This document shows positions 1-8,726 of a stretch of DNA of 32,000 bases, in pieces. Origin of the DNA: Promethearchaeota archaeon (GTDB taxonomy: Archaea > Asgardarchaeota > Lokiarchaeia > Sigyniarchaeales > Promethearchaeaceae); NCBI GenBank assembly GCA_016933055.1, contig JAFGBS010000009.1:450001-482000 (forward strand), written 5' to 3'. Position numbers and translations under genes: made by a program. The notes beneath the pieces were generated by a model that saw nothing but the letters and a program-made list of their open reading frames with translations, made no database searches and was not told the origin of the DNA. Within the stretch, counting starts at the first letter, position 1. The number at the start of each line of letters is the position of its first letter.

Positions 1-194
1 TGTATAAAAACATCTAAATCGTCAACACCATGAGTAACTAAGTTGTGAATGAAATCTTTTGGCGAGAAAATGCCTAATAAATGTGTAGGGCACACTACGA
101 GGCATTTCCCACATGAGTAACAATAATTTGCTAGCTCCTTTACACGTTCCAGTTTTTTTGAGAGTTCTGGTGGGACTTGTTGTGCTTGAGTCAT
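1..194 (-). CDS. 4Fe-4S dicluster protein, N-terminal fragment (HdrC/GlpC-like Fe-S oxidoreductase); runs off the left edge
   Basis: Not in the ORF track. Manual translation from ATG at 194 gives MTQAQQVPPELSKKLERVKELANYCYSCGKCLVVCPTHLLGIFSPKDFIHNLVTHGVDDLDVFI, which contains the ferredoxin motif CxxCxxCxxxCP. Confidence 0.8.
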   Translation of the reverse strand, partial: MTQAQQVPPELSKKLERVKELANYCYSCGKCLVVCPTHLLGIFSPKDFIHNLVTHGVDDLDVFI

Positions 195-379
195 GAAGTT
201 AACCTTTGAAAAACCAGTTCTATATCTAAAATCCTTAATTACATCAATTAAAGATTTCCACCTACTTCCCTCCAAATTCAAAAAATTTAGTAGTATTCAC
301 CGCAATTAATCTAAAGGTTTTTTCCCCATTTTTCTATTTTCTATATTTTTTTACGATAGGAAATCATACATAAAGTAAG

Positions 380-1714
380 GTGCACCCTATTCGAATTTTC
401 CTAGACCATCTTCATTACTATTTTGATATTATATTGAGAATTTTTCTTATTTTAACGGGAGTTGCAGCTATTTTTTACGTGTTAATCGCTATTATTGCAT
501 TTTTAACGACCAAAAAAAAGACAGTACAAGAAAAATCTCTCCAATTATCAGATTTACCCACAGTTACGGTTCAAATTCCAACTTATAATGAATTAGCTGC
601 ATTAAATTGCGTAAAACGATGCTTAAATTTTGACTATCCGATAGAGAGACTACAAATTATAATAGGAGATGATAGTTCGGACAAGAAAATTTCAAAACAA
701 ATTGATCTTTTTGCATTGGAATATCCAGATCAAGTATTGGTTACTCGTCGCGGAAATAATCTCGGTTATAAACCAGGAAATCTTAACCACATGCTACAAT
801 ATTCTACAGGAGAAATAATCGTAATTTTTGATTCAGATTTTCTTCCCAAAAAGGAATTCATGAAAGAAATTGTGAAACCATTTATTTTAAACCCTGAAAT
901 TGCTGCGGTTCAAGCTCGCTGGAGTATAAGAAATTTTGAACAAAGCCTCAGTTCTTTATTTGGAGGCACTATAGCTTATTATACACATTATGTATTACTT
1001 CCTTTTACACAAAACATCGGAGGAACTTGTTTTTTGTGTGGATCCGCCGAGGCTATCCGAAAGAGTGTTCTGATTGAAATAGGAGAATGGTCTGAACACG
1101 CCTTAACTGAAGATATTGAATACACCCTACGGTTAATGATAAATAAGAAAAAAATTCTCTTTCTACCCCATTTAAAATGTGAGGGGGAAGCCCCTTTTAT
1201 TCTTATAGATCTATGCAAACAGCAAATGAGATGGGCTTATGGGAATATAAATGCTCTCAAAAAATATTTTAAATCTATTTTCAGTAGAAAACGAAAAAAA
1301 AGCATTTCATTTCGTGATCGAATGAGCGTGCTCATTTTCCTAATTAGCTACTGTTTTAGCTTTTTTGTATTTTTTTCAACCATATTTGGGTTTTTAGGTA
1401 TAGTAACAATAAATTTTAAAGGGATAACTCTCAATTGGGATTTCATTCTTTCTCCGTCTATACTTAATATCGTCATTATATCATGTTTAGTTGTTGTGTG
1501 GATAATATTAATGATACTGACAAAAAATACTCGATCGATTTTCAGAGTAACCTTATCTATGCTTACTGTTGGATTGGTTGCGACCTATTTCATTGTTTCT
1601 GGTATCATAAAAGCGCTATTTGGCAAAAAAATGAAATGGTTTATGGTGAAGAAGAAAGGAAATGATACATACCAGGTTGCAGAAAAACTTTCGAGTACTT
1701 CGACTGGTTCATAA
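380..1714 (+). CDS. Processive family 2 glycosyltransferase (cellulose synthase-like), integral membrane
   Basis: N-terminal TM helix; QIPTYNE, DDSSD, YKPGNLN (KAG-like), DSD (DxD), TED and QQMRW (QxxRW) motifs; about three C-terminal hydrophobic helices. Confidence 0.9.
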   Translation: MHPIRIFLDHLHYYFDIILRIFLILTGVAAIFYVLIAIIAFLTTKKKTVQEKSLQLSDLPTVTVQIPTYNELAALNCVKRCLNFDYPIERLQIIIGDDSSDKKISKQIDLFALEYPDQVLVTRRGNNLGYKPGNLNHMLQYSTGEIIVIFDSDFLPKKEFMKEIVKPFILNPEIAAVQARWSIRNFEQSLSSLFGGTIAYYTHYVLLPFTQNIGGTCFLCGSAEAIRKSVLIEIGEWSEHALTEDIEYTLRLMINKKKILFLPHLKCEGEAPFILIDLCKQQMRWAYGNINALKKYFKSIFSRKRKKSISFRDRMSVLIFLISYCFSFFVFFSTIFGFLGIVTINFKGITLNWDFILSPSILNIVIISCLVVVWIILMILTKNTRSIFRVTLSMLTVGLVATYFIVSGIIKALFGKKMKWFMVKKKGNDTYQVAEKLSSTSTGS

Positions 1715-1723
1715 CAAGTTTTT

Positions 1724-4351
1724 TTGGTCAAAGAAATTGACATGATATATATGAATGAACGGGAGATCGGTAAACAGTCTTTAATTACATCCTTATCAGA
1801 GATAGGTTTTACTTTCCTCCCGAATACCAAAAATATATTGCAAAAAACGCTGGAATTACAAAAAGGAAAGAAAGTCACGTGGATCTGGAGTTTCTGTGAT
1901 CAAATAGACTGTATAACGAACTTAAATAAACATAATTCATCATATTTAATTATCCATATTAACAGAAGCCCCAAAAACATAATTGCGGCACTTTTTCACG
2001 CAAATTCATCTATAGAATTCTTTAATGAGGATCTAAATAGCAAGAGTACATCCTTTGTCAGATCAATCCTCAGATATTTCGCGGAATATCAGATACAATT
2101 AGACTCTCAATCCATTCAAAAAATTTTCGGATTAGATAGTTTCTTTTATCATTTAGCCCAAAAATTGATGGAAACTTCTGAATTCGATAAAATACGCTGG
2201 AAAACCCTCTTTATTCCCTATTATGATGAAGGCACAATAGATGATCTATTATTATTTTCTCATAGCTATTTGTCATTTTTGTTGAAGCTTTTTATTTTGA
2301 AACAGACAGAGAATACTGGCTTGACGACACAAAATTTGAAGTCGAAATTGCAAGCTTATCCATCATTTTGCGATGTCTTTTTTACTAAGGACCTCTTTTC
2401 TGGGATTCTTTATAATATTAAATTAACAACCATCTTTGATTGTTTAATACCTAAGCTAAATTTTCAGCAAGTAGATTTGTTTTCAATTATTTTCCAAGAA
2501 CTTATCTCCTTAAAAACACGGCAATCATTGGGAGAAGTGTATACTCCCTCCTCCTTAATACGTTTGATGGTCCAAAAGAAAATATCGGATCAAGAATCAT
2601 TTTTAGATCCTGCATGTGGGACTGGGTCCTTTCTAATCGAGATTTATAGCCATTTGAAAGAGACTGAGAAATTAACCGAAAATACTGAGTTATACGGGAT
2701 TGATGTGAATCCCCTCTCAGTAATGGCAACTATAACGAATTTTTATTTATTACAACAAGGGACTTTTCCCGAAAAGTGCCCTCAAATAAAAATTTTTCAT
2801 GCGGATGCATTGATATCTGAGGATAATCCATCAATAGCAAAAGTAATAGAAAAGAAAGTCGATTTTATTATTGGAAATCCCCCTTGGATTAACATTTCTG
2901 GAATATATCGGAGAGAATATAAAGAATTTCTGAAGAATTTGGCTAAACAGTTGAATATTCTTTATCCAATAGAGTCAAAAAACACAGAAATATGTACCAT
3001 TTTTTTCAATCAATCTAGAAATTTGTATTTGAAGAAAGGAGGGGAAATTTTTTTCATTTTTCCAGCATCCGTTCTTAATGGGAGACAACACGTGTATTTC
3101 CGATATTTTCCTGGTTTTAAAGATATTGAGATATGGCGCTTTAAACAGGACATCTTCAAAATCCATAGTATTTGTTTGTACGCTCGAAATTCGGGGCAAG
3201 ATCAAAAACCTTTTGAAAATAGAGAAGCTTTAAAAAAAAGATTGATCCTATCCAGTTTTCTTCTCTCCATCGATAATAACGGGGATATAATTCAAGATTC
3301 AAGAAAGAGAATTCCTTTGATCCCCATTTACATTAAAGATGCCAAAAACGGAAGTTTCCCATTGGTGGGAAGATACAATCCCCTTTCATTAGTTCCGAAA
3401 GAATTGCAGAGTGTTGTTCCAACAAGATCCCCTTATTATTCACAAGTAAAAGGGGGACTGCGTATTGTCCCCAGAAGATGGGTAGTTATCCAAGAACACC
3501 CTCCTTTTAACGAAACCGTAATCATCCATCCTGATATGTCGCAACAAGCAAAATCTCAATGGATTACGCCTCCATACAAAAAAGCGGAAGTGGAATCAAA
3601 ATATATCCATGAGTTTGTAAAATCCGAGTTTTTAATTCCTTACACTTTCGTGCAAACTAAATATGCATTTATACCAATTCGCCCCACTAAAAAAGCTATT
3701 CTAGAACGAAATGTTATAGAAACGAGCCATCTTCTTCCTTATGCTTCTAAATTCTACCGTTTTCTTGATGCCGAATATCGTAAACGTATTAAAAAATCCG
3801 CATCCATGCCAACTCTTGCAGATAATTTCACATATAATGGACGATTATTACCCACCAATGTAATTCTTCAATCGCACGAAGTTATGGTTGTTCATAATTC
3901 TATAGGTTCAATTGTTAAAAGTGCTGTGATCCGACACCCGCTCCTATTGGATAATTCCTTATATTATATCATCCTAGAAAATATTGAAGAAGCGTATTAC
4001 CTATGCGGCGTATTGAATTCAAATTTAATGACCAGTCTTGTTCGATTGATTGGAAGCACTGGATCTCGAGGAAGTCTGCGAAATATTCATAAAAATCCTT
4101 ATAATTTCTCTATCCCTCATTATTCGTCTTCTCCACTTCAGAATGAAATTGCCAATTTATGTAAAAAAATCGAACGTTATGTTCAGCGATTTGTATTAGA
4201 TTCACAAAAATCCACTTCACCGAGGTCAAATAAAACTGAACAAGTGATTATAAAACCTAGAACTATACAAAATCGACTTTTGACTGATTTAACATATAAA
4301 GAGTATACCTTTACCCTTGATTCATTAGTGAGAGAAATCTTGATCCACTGA
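1724..4351 (+). CDS. N-6 DNA methyltransferase, type IIG/Eco57I-like architecture (gamma-class MTase plus C-terminal specificity region)
   Basis: LGEVYTP (motif X), LDPACGTGSFL (motif I, ~2606), IIGNPPW (motif IV, ~2876) and C-terminal EEAYYLCGVLNS. The track start is TTG; ATG alternatives lie at about 1742-1751. Confidence 0.85.
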   Translation: MVKEIDMIYMNEREIGKQSLITSLSEIGFTFLPNTKNILQKTLELQKGKKVTWIWSFCDQIDCITNLNKHNSSYLIIHINRSPKNIIAALFHANSSIEFFNEDLNSKSTSFVRSILRYFAEYQIQLDSQSIQKIFGLDSFFYHLAQKLMETSEFDKIRWKTLFIPYYDEGTIDDLLLFSHSYLSFLLKLFILKQTENTGLTTQNLKSKLQAYPSFCDVFFTKDLFSGILYNIKLTTIFDCLIPKLNFQQVDLFSIIFQELISLKTRQSLGEVYTPSSLIRLMVQKKISDQESFLDPACGTGSFLIEIYSHLKETEKLTENTELYGIDVNPLSVMATITNFYLLQQGTFPEKCPQIKIFHADALISEDNPSIAKVIEKKVDFIIGNPPWINISGIYRREYKEFLKNLAKQLNILYPIESKNTEICTIFFNQSRNLYLKKGGEIFFIFPASVLNGRQHVYFRYFPGFKDIEIWRFKQDIFKIHSICLYARNSGQDQKPFENREALKKRLILSSFLLSIDNNGDIIQDSRKRIPLIPIYIKDAKNGSFPLVGRYNPLSLVPKELQSVVPTRSPYYSQVKGGLRIVPRRWVVIQEHPPFNETVIIHPDMSQQAKSQWITPPYKKAEVESKYIHEFVKSEFLIPYTFVQTKYAFIPIRPTKKAILERNVIETSHLLPYASKFYRFLDAEYRKRIKKSASMPTLADNFTYNGRLLPTNVILQSHEVMVVHNSIGSIVKSAVIRHPLLLDNSLYYIILENIEEAYYLCGVLNSNLMTSLVRLIGSTGSRGSLRNIHKNPYNFSIPHYSSSPLQNEIANLCKKIERYVQRFVLDSQKSTSPRSNKTEQVIIKPRTIQNRLLTDLTYKEYTFTLDSLVREILIH

Positions 4352-4439
4352 AATTTTTTATAGTTAAACATAAAGGTCCACATTTCGATATAAACATAGG
4401 AAACATAGCATCAAGTTACGAATTTTAAGGGTCAAGAAA

Positions 4440-6008
4440 ATGAACTGGCAAGAAGTGATCATCCTAATCGTATATAGTCTATTACTGGCGGGTATTATCG
4501 TTATTATCATATTCAGAGAAAAAATCTTTGAACGAATCGAACGACCAAAAGTGAGTGCACCCAGCCCCAGAGTTCAAAAGATCCTGCAAAAATATTTCAA
4601 AGAAAAGGAAGCTCAACAAAAAGAACTTGAAAAACTTGAAATAATTGAAGCAATGAAAGTAACTATGCTGGATGAGATTGAAACAAAAAGCACTGAGATG
4701 ACCGAAAAGGCTGAAGCTACCATCAGAACACTCGAACCCGAAGAAAAATTAATCGAACAAGGAGGGAAAATGTTCACCCAGTTCAGTATCGGTCTTGAAA
4801 ATGCTTTACCTCGTGATGAGAAAGAACGCGTTAAGGATATGGGTGATTTAATAGATGCTATCAAAATCTTAGAAAGCTTGGATAAGGACCATTATGAGCA
4901 AGAAATTAAGGATGATACTGGAAAAGGTATGTTTTTCGACCAGATCACTTCCAAATTATATCGTGCAATGAGGAAGGAAGAATTCACCAAAGATAAACTC
5001 TTTGTGTTTGATAAGTTGGTCACGCTTGGCTTGAAAACTCTTAAAAACACTACTCGAAAAGATTTGCATGATGCCTTGAATTTTATGAAAGAGGCTTATT
5101 ACATCAAAGATTATTTAGTGATAAACCCTGAGCTCACACTTATTTCAAGAAAGGGGGATATTCCTACATTTTCGAAATCGGAAACTGTTGTATTAGCATT
5201 AGCTTATGAAGAACATCCTTTACACTACAGTTTATTGCTAGAAAAATCCAAATGGTCTGAATCCTATGCAAATTCAGTAATTGATAACCTAGTTCAGAAA
5301 GAACTAGCAGAACGCCACAATGGGATCATTTCGCTTATTGGTTTTGAAACTCCGGAAGAAAAAGCAGAGAGAAAATTATTAGAAGAGAAATTAGAAGAAA
5401 ATTTGAAAGAAAAAGCACGATTACGCAAAGAACAACAACTACGTTTAGAACAAGAATTACGCAGCGAGACATACCCTAAGGAGAAATCCGAAGAAATTAA
5501 ATCGGAGTTTGAAGTAGATGAAGAAGAGTTTGAGGATATCATCGGTAGCGAATTTATTGAGGACAACACAGACTTCGAACTTAATGAGGATGCGATGATT
5601 GAGGGAATTATGACAATCTTTGAAAATTATGAACATATGAATGGAGGGCTGATGGACATACGTCTTATTCATCAATACCTATCGGAATTATATATTGAGA
5701 TAACCGTAGAGCAAATACTGAATACTTTGGATTCGTTAATGGAAATGGGTTTAGTCCGAGAAGTATTAAATTTATCCGGTGTCACCATAGTATTATTTAA
5801 AGAAATCCCTTTAGATGAAGAAATGAAAATTCTTTTAGGTACTATTTTGGAAAATGGATGGATGGATAAAACAGAAATTGGCTTGAAACTCGGATGGGAT
5901 GAGGAACAAACCCTTAATGTGATGAAACGACTGCAAGATGTTGGCTTGTTAAGATTGGATGAAAAAAATAGAGTTGTAATCCCGGGATTGTTCATCCAAC
6001 AGAATTAG
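4440..6008 (+). CDS. Membrane-anchored protein with two EAP30/Vps36-like (ESCRT-II) winged-helix modules separated by a coiled-coil and acidic linker
   Basis: TM at aa ~5-25 followed by basic residues. The C-terminal module (HMNGGLM...ENGWMDKTEIGLKLGWDEEQTLNVMKRLQDVGLLRLD...IPGLF) and the internal module (TTRKDLHDALNFMK...ETVVLALA...KSKWSESYANSVIDNLVQKELA) both resemble the Vps22/EAP30 pattern as remembered. Confidence 0.7.
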   Translation: MNWQEVIILIVYSLLLAGIIVIIIFREKIFERIERPKVSAPSPRVQKILQKYFKEKEAQQKELEKLEIIEAMKVTMLDEIETKSTEMTEKAEATIRTLEPEEKLIEQGGKMFTQFSIGLENALPRDEKERVKDMGDLIDAIKILESLDKDHYEQEIKDDTGKGMFFDQITSKLYRAMRKEEFTKDKLFVFDKLVTLGLKTLKNTTRKDLHDALNFMKEAYYIKDYLVINPELTLISRKGDIPTFSKSETVVLALAYEEHPLHYSLLLEKSKWSESYANSVIDNLVQKELAERHNGIISLIGFETPEEKAERKLLEEKLEENLKEKARLRKEQQLRLEQELRSETYPKEKSEEIKSEFEVDEEEFEDIIGSEFIEDNTDFELNEDAMIEGIMTIFENYEHMNGGLMDIRLIHQYLSELYIEITVEQILNTLDSLMEMGLVREVLNLSGVTIVLFKEIPLDEEMKILLGTILENGWMDKTEIGLKLGWDEEQTLNVMKRLQDVGLLRLDEKNRVVIPGLFIQQN

Positions 6009-6103
6009 ATACGTAGCATTTTTCTCTTTTTATTTTCATGTATGAAATAAGTAAAAACTGAATCTACACATTAATGAAAAAATAGGTAAAGTGTGAAAAT
6101 AAA

Positions 6104-6613
6104 TTACTTTTTCGATGTTAAAGCTCCTATCAGTCCGATGATTCCTCCACCTGCAGTCATGAATAATCCAATACCAAGACGCCATCTCACCCCAGTGAAT
6201 GAATCACCAATAGTTATTCCAGCACTATCCCAAAATATATTTGTATCAATATAACTGGCCCAAACTGCTGCTTCGGAGTCACCTAATAATACAAAGAATA
6301 CTCCCACACCCACAAGCACTAAAACACTTCCCAATAGAGAGAGAATTTTATTTCCGGGCAAGCAAAGTAAAGCTCCTACACCTGCGATAATTCCTGGAAG
6401 CAAGTAGGTAAATGTATCACTGAAGTAGGGGTCTCCATCCCCGAAAAAAGCAGATAAATAGTCATTATCAGTAACTTCATTTCCTAGAACAGTTAGAAAA
6501 TTCCACCATCCGAGTTCTTTGATAAAAATGCTCAGAACAACACCTAATAATGCAGCTATCCCACCTATAATTGCAAGGAAGGATCTTTGAGTTTTTTTTG
6601 TCATAAGAATCAC
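6104..6613 (-). CDS. Hypothetical Gly-rich integral membrane protein (about 4 TM)
   Basis: Four hydrophobic segments with two hydrophilic loops. ATG at 6604 is an alternative to the GTG start. Confidence 0.7.
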   Translation of the reverse strand: MILMTKKTQRSFLAIIGGIAALLGVVLSIFIKELGWWNFLTVLGNEVTDNDYLSAFFGDGDPYFSDTFTYLLPGIIAGVGALLCLPGNKILSLLGSVLVLVGVGVFFVLLGDSEAAVWASYIDTNIFWDSAGITIGDSFTGVRWRLGIGLFMTAGGGIIGLIGALTSKK

Positions 6614-6730
6614 TAATCAGATAATAATTGATATTCCATCTTTTAAAAATTAATTTTTTATTTTCCACTTATCAAATTTTGGATTGTTTAAGAAATCAGT
6701 TTTAAAAATGTTTAGTGGGAACAAGAAACC

Positions 6731-8137
6731 ATGAATGATCAAGAACTATTCCGTCTTTCGAAGAAAGAACGCTTTACTTATTCCCTTATGCAAATGCCTA
6801 ACACAATTTTAGGGGGGATTTTTAGTTTCTTGTTTGTTGATCAGTTTTGGGACAACTTACAGATGGATCAAACCTTATTTGTTATAGCACAAATTCTTTA
6901 TGCGGTTGTAAATAGTCTTAATGATTTTTATTTCGGCAGGATAAGTGACAACACCGACGCAAAGCGTTGGGGTAGTCGTCGTTTGATTTATATTAAATGG
7001 GGTGGTCCACTTTGGAGTTTGGTGTTTTTTTTAACATGGTTCCCATGGAGTTACACAAATCAGTGGATAATATTTTTTAATTTTTTAACAATCATGTTCA
7101 GTTTTGACTCGTTGTTATCCTTAGTATGGATCGTCTGGCTGGCTTTAATGTCAGAACTCACAGAAAATCATGAGGAAAGAAATAGGATGGGACTTTATAA
7201 TGCTTATTTTAACATATTGGGTGCAGTTTTTGTCGTGATTGCTTTTCTTCTTTTCCAAGCTCCCAACGGATTATTATTATTTCGAATATTTGCTGGATTC
7301 TGTTCTGTGTTATGTGCAATCTGTTATATCTATGTCGGTACTCATCTGAAAGAAAGACCTGAGTTATATGTAAACCAAGAGCATTTACCATTATTTAAAT
7401 CACTCTCTGAGGTATTGAAATCTCGTTCCTATATTACAATGACTGTATTTAGGGTTTTCAATCAACTTAATGGAGCTCTATCGACTGCATTTGCGTTCAC
7501 ATTCTTGTACTGGTTAGGAGATATTTATATACTCATTGCATTTTTGACTCCTATCGTAAGTATCTTGGGATCTTGGGTTTATAAGAGTCTCTCTGGTAAA
7601 TATGATGTTAAAATATTAGTAATATGGGGGAGAACTCTGCAAATCTTGTTGTCCATAGCAACCTTTTTTATTTTATACATTCCGGGTACGGAATTTATTA
7701 TATGGGGTGTTGTTTTCCTTAACGGTATATTCGGAGGTTATATGATCTTTGATGTACCAATTATGTCAATGGTAATGGATGAGGACGAAGTCTTCCATAA
7801 TAAAAGACGAGAAGGCTTGATCTTGGGTACTAATGCATTTTTTAACAAAATCGCAGAAAGTTCCGCGCCGATTTTGGGTACATACATCCTTCTACTATTT
7901 GGATTTATCCAAGGAGAAACACCAAGTACAGATGCAATTTTGGGGATAAAATTTCTGTTCTTAATTATTCCCGCAATTGTGAATTTTATTGCACTTCTTG
8001 GAATCGCGTTTTTCCCCCTATATGGAAAAAACCTAGAAAAACTACAAAAACAATTAAACGAATTACACACTGAAAAAAAAAGAGTGTATGATTCTTCAAA
8101 AGATACTGGAGATATAGAAAGAACAAATAAGCTCTAA
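6731..8137 (+). CDS. MFS transporter, glycoside-pentoside-hexuronide (MelB/MFS_2-like) family
   Basis: About 12 TM helices; NDFYFGRISD...RWGSRR loop 2-3 motif; SELTENHEERN; DEDEVFHNKRREG in the C-terminal half. Confidence 0.85.
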   Translation: MNDQELFRLSKKERFTYSLMQMPNTILGGIFSFLFVDQFWDNLQMDQTLFVIAQILYAVVNSLNDFYFGRISDNTDAKRWGSRRLIYIKWGGPLWSLVFFLTWFPWSYTNQWIIFFNFLTIMFSFDSLLSLVWIVWLALMSELTENHEERNRMGLYNAYFNILGAVFVVIAFLLFQAPNGLLLFRIFAGFCSVLCAICYIYVGTHLKERPELYVNQEHLPLFKSLSEVLKSRSYITMTVFRVFNQLNGALSTAFAFTFLYWLGDIYILIAFLTPIVSILGSWVYKSLSGKYDVKILVIWGRTLQILLSIATFFILYIPGTEFIIWGVVFLNGIFGGYMIFDVPIMSMVMDEDEVFHNKRREGLILGTNAFFNKIAESSAPILGTYILLLFGFIQGETPSTDAILGIKFLFLIIPAIVNFIALLGIAFFPLYGKNLEKLQKQLNELHTEKKRVYDSSKDTGDIERTNKL

Positions 8138-8184
8138 TGTGAAACAAAAATCGATTTCACTATTTTTCCCAATCAATCACACTT

Positions 8185-8198
8185 AAGAAATATATAAT
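8185..8198 (+). promoter_or_regulatory. Putative BRE plus TATA box for the HAD hydrolase gene (near-leaderless)
   Basis: AAGAAA followed by TATATAAT, about 28-35 nt upstream of ATG 8226, matching archaeal core-promoter spacing. Confidence 0.45.
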
Positions 8199-8225
8199 AA
8201 ACTACTAAGTAAGAAAAGTAAACTG

Positions 8226-8699
8226 ATGAAATTATATAATATACCTAACTATGGAAAATTCGAGATTCACAATATTCTTTTGGACCTTAATGGAACAATT
8301 ACTGCGTTCGGGAATATTCCTGCTGATCTAAGGTATCTTATCCAAGAAATGAAAAAACATTTTGAAATTTATGTGATCAGCGCAAACACCAGGGATACTT
8401 TGGATGAAATTGCAGAAGAATTGGATATTAAAGCAATTCACATACCAAAATCGAAAGCAGAATCACAGTCAAAACTAACTTCACTCCGAGTATTGGATCC
8501 CGACCAAACTATAGTGATAGGAAATGGAAATAATGACACCGAAATTATCACACAAGCTGCTATAGGTATTAGTGTTATAGGAAAAGAAGGTACATCCATT
8601 CAAGCGTTAATATCCTCAGATATGGTGGTACAGAGTCTAAGTGATGCATTTAAGATATTATTGGATGAAAAAGCATTAATCGCAACTCTACGAAAATAA
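8226..8699 (+). CDS. HAD-superfamily hydrolase, soluble P-type-ATPase-like (COG4087-type)
   Basis: Motif I LLDLNGT, motif II ISAN, motif III K, motif IV IGNGNND; about 157 aa with no TM. Confidence 0.8.
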   Translation: MKLYNIPNYGKFEIHNILLDLNGTITAFGNIPADLRYLIQEMKKHFEIYVISANTRDTLDEIAEELDIKAIHIPKSKAESQSKLTSLRVLDPDQTIVIGNGNNDTEIITQAAIGISVIGKEGTSIQALISSDMVVQSLSDAFKILLDEKALIATLRK

Positions 8700-8726
8700 G
8701 GAAAATATAAAAAAGTACCACTGATT

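Noticed and set aside
3232-3239. Poly-A tract in the methyltransferase as a phase-variation switch
   Set aside because: A/T runs of 7-9 nt occur in many genes of this AT-rich window, and the frame is intact.
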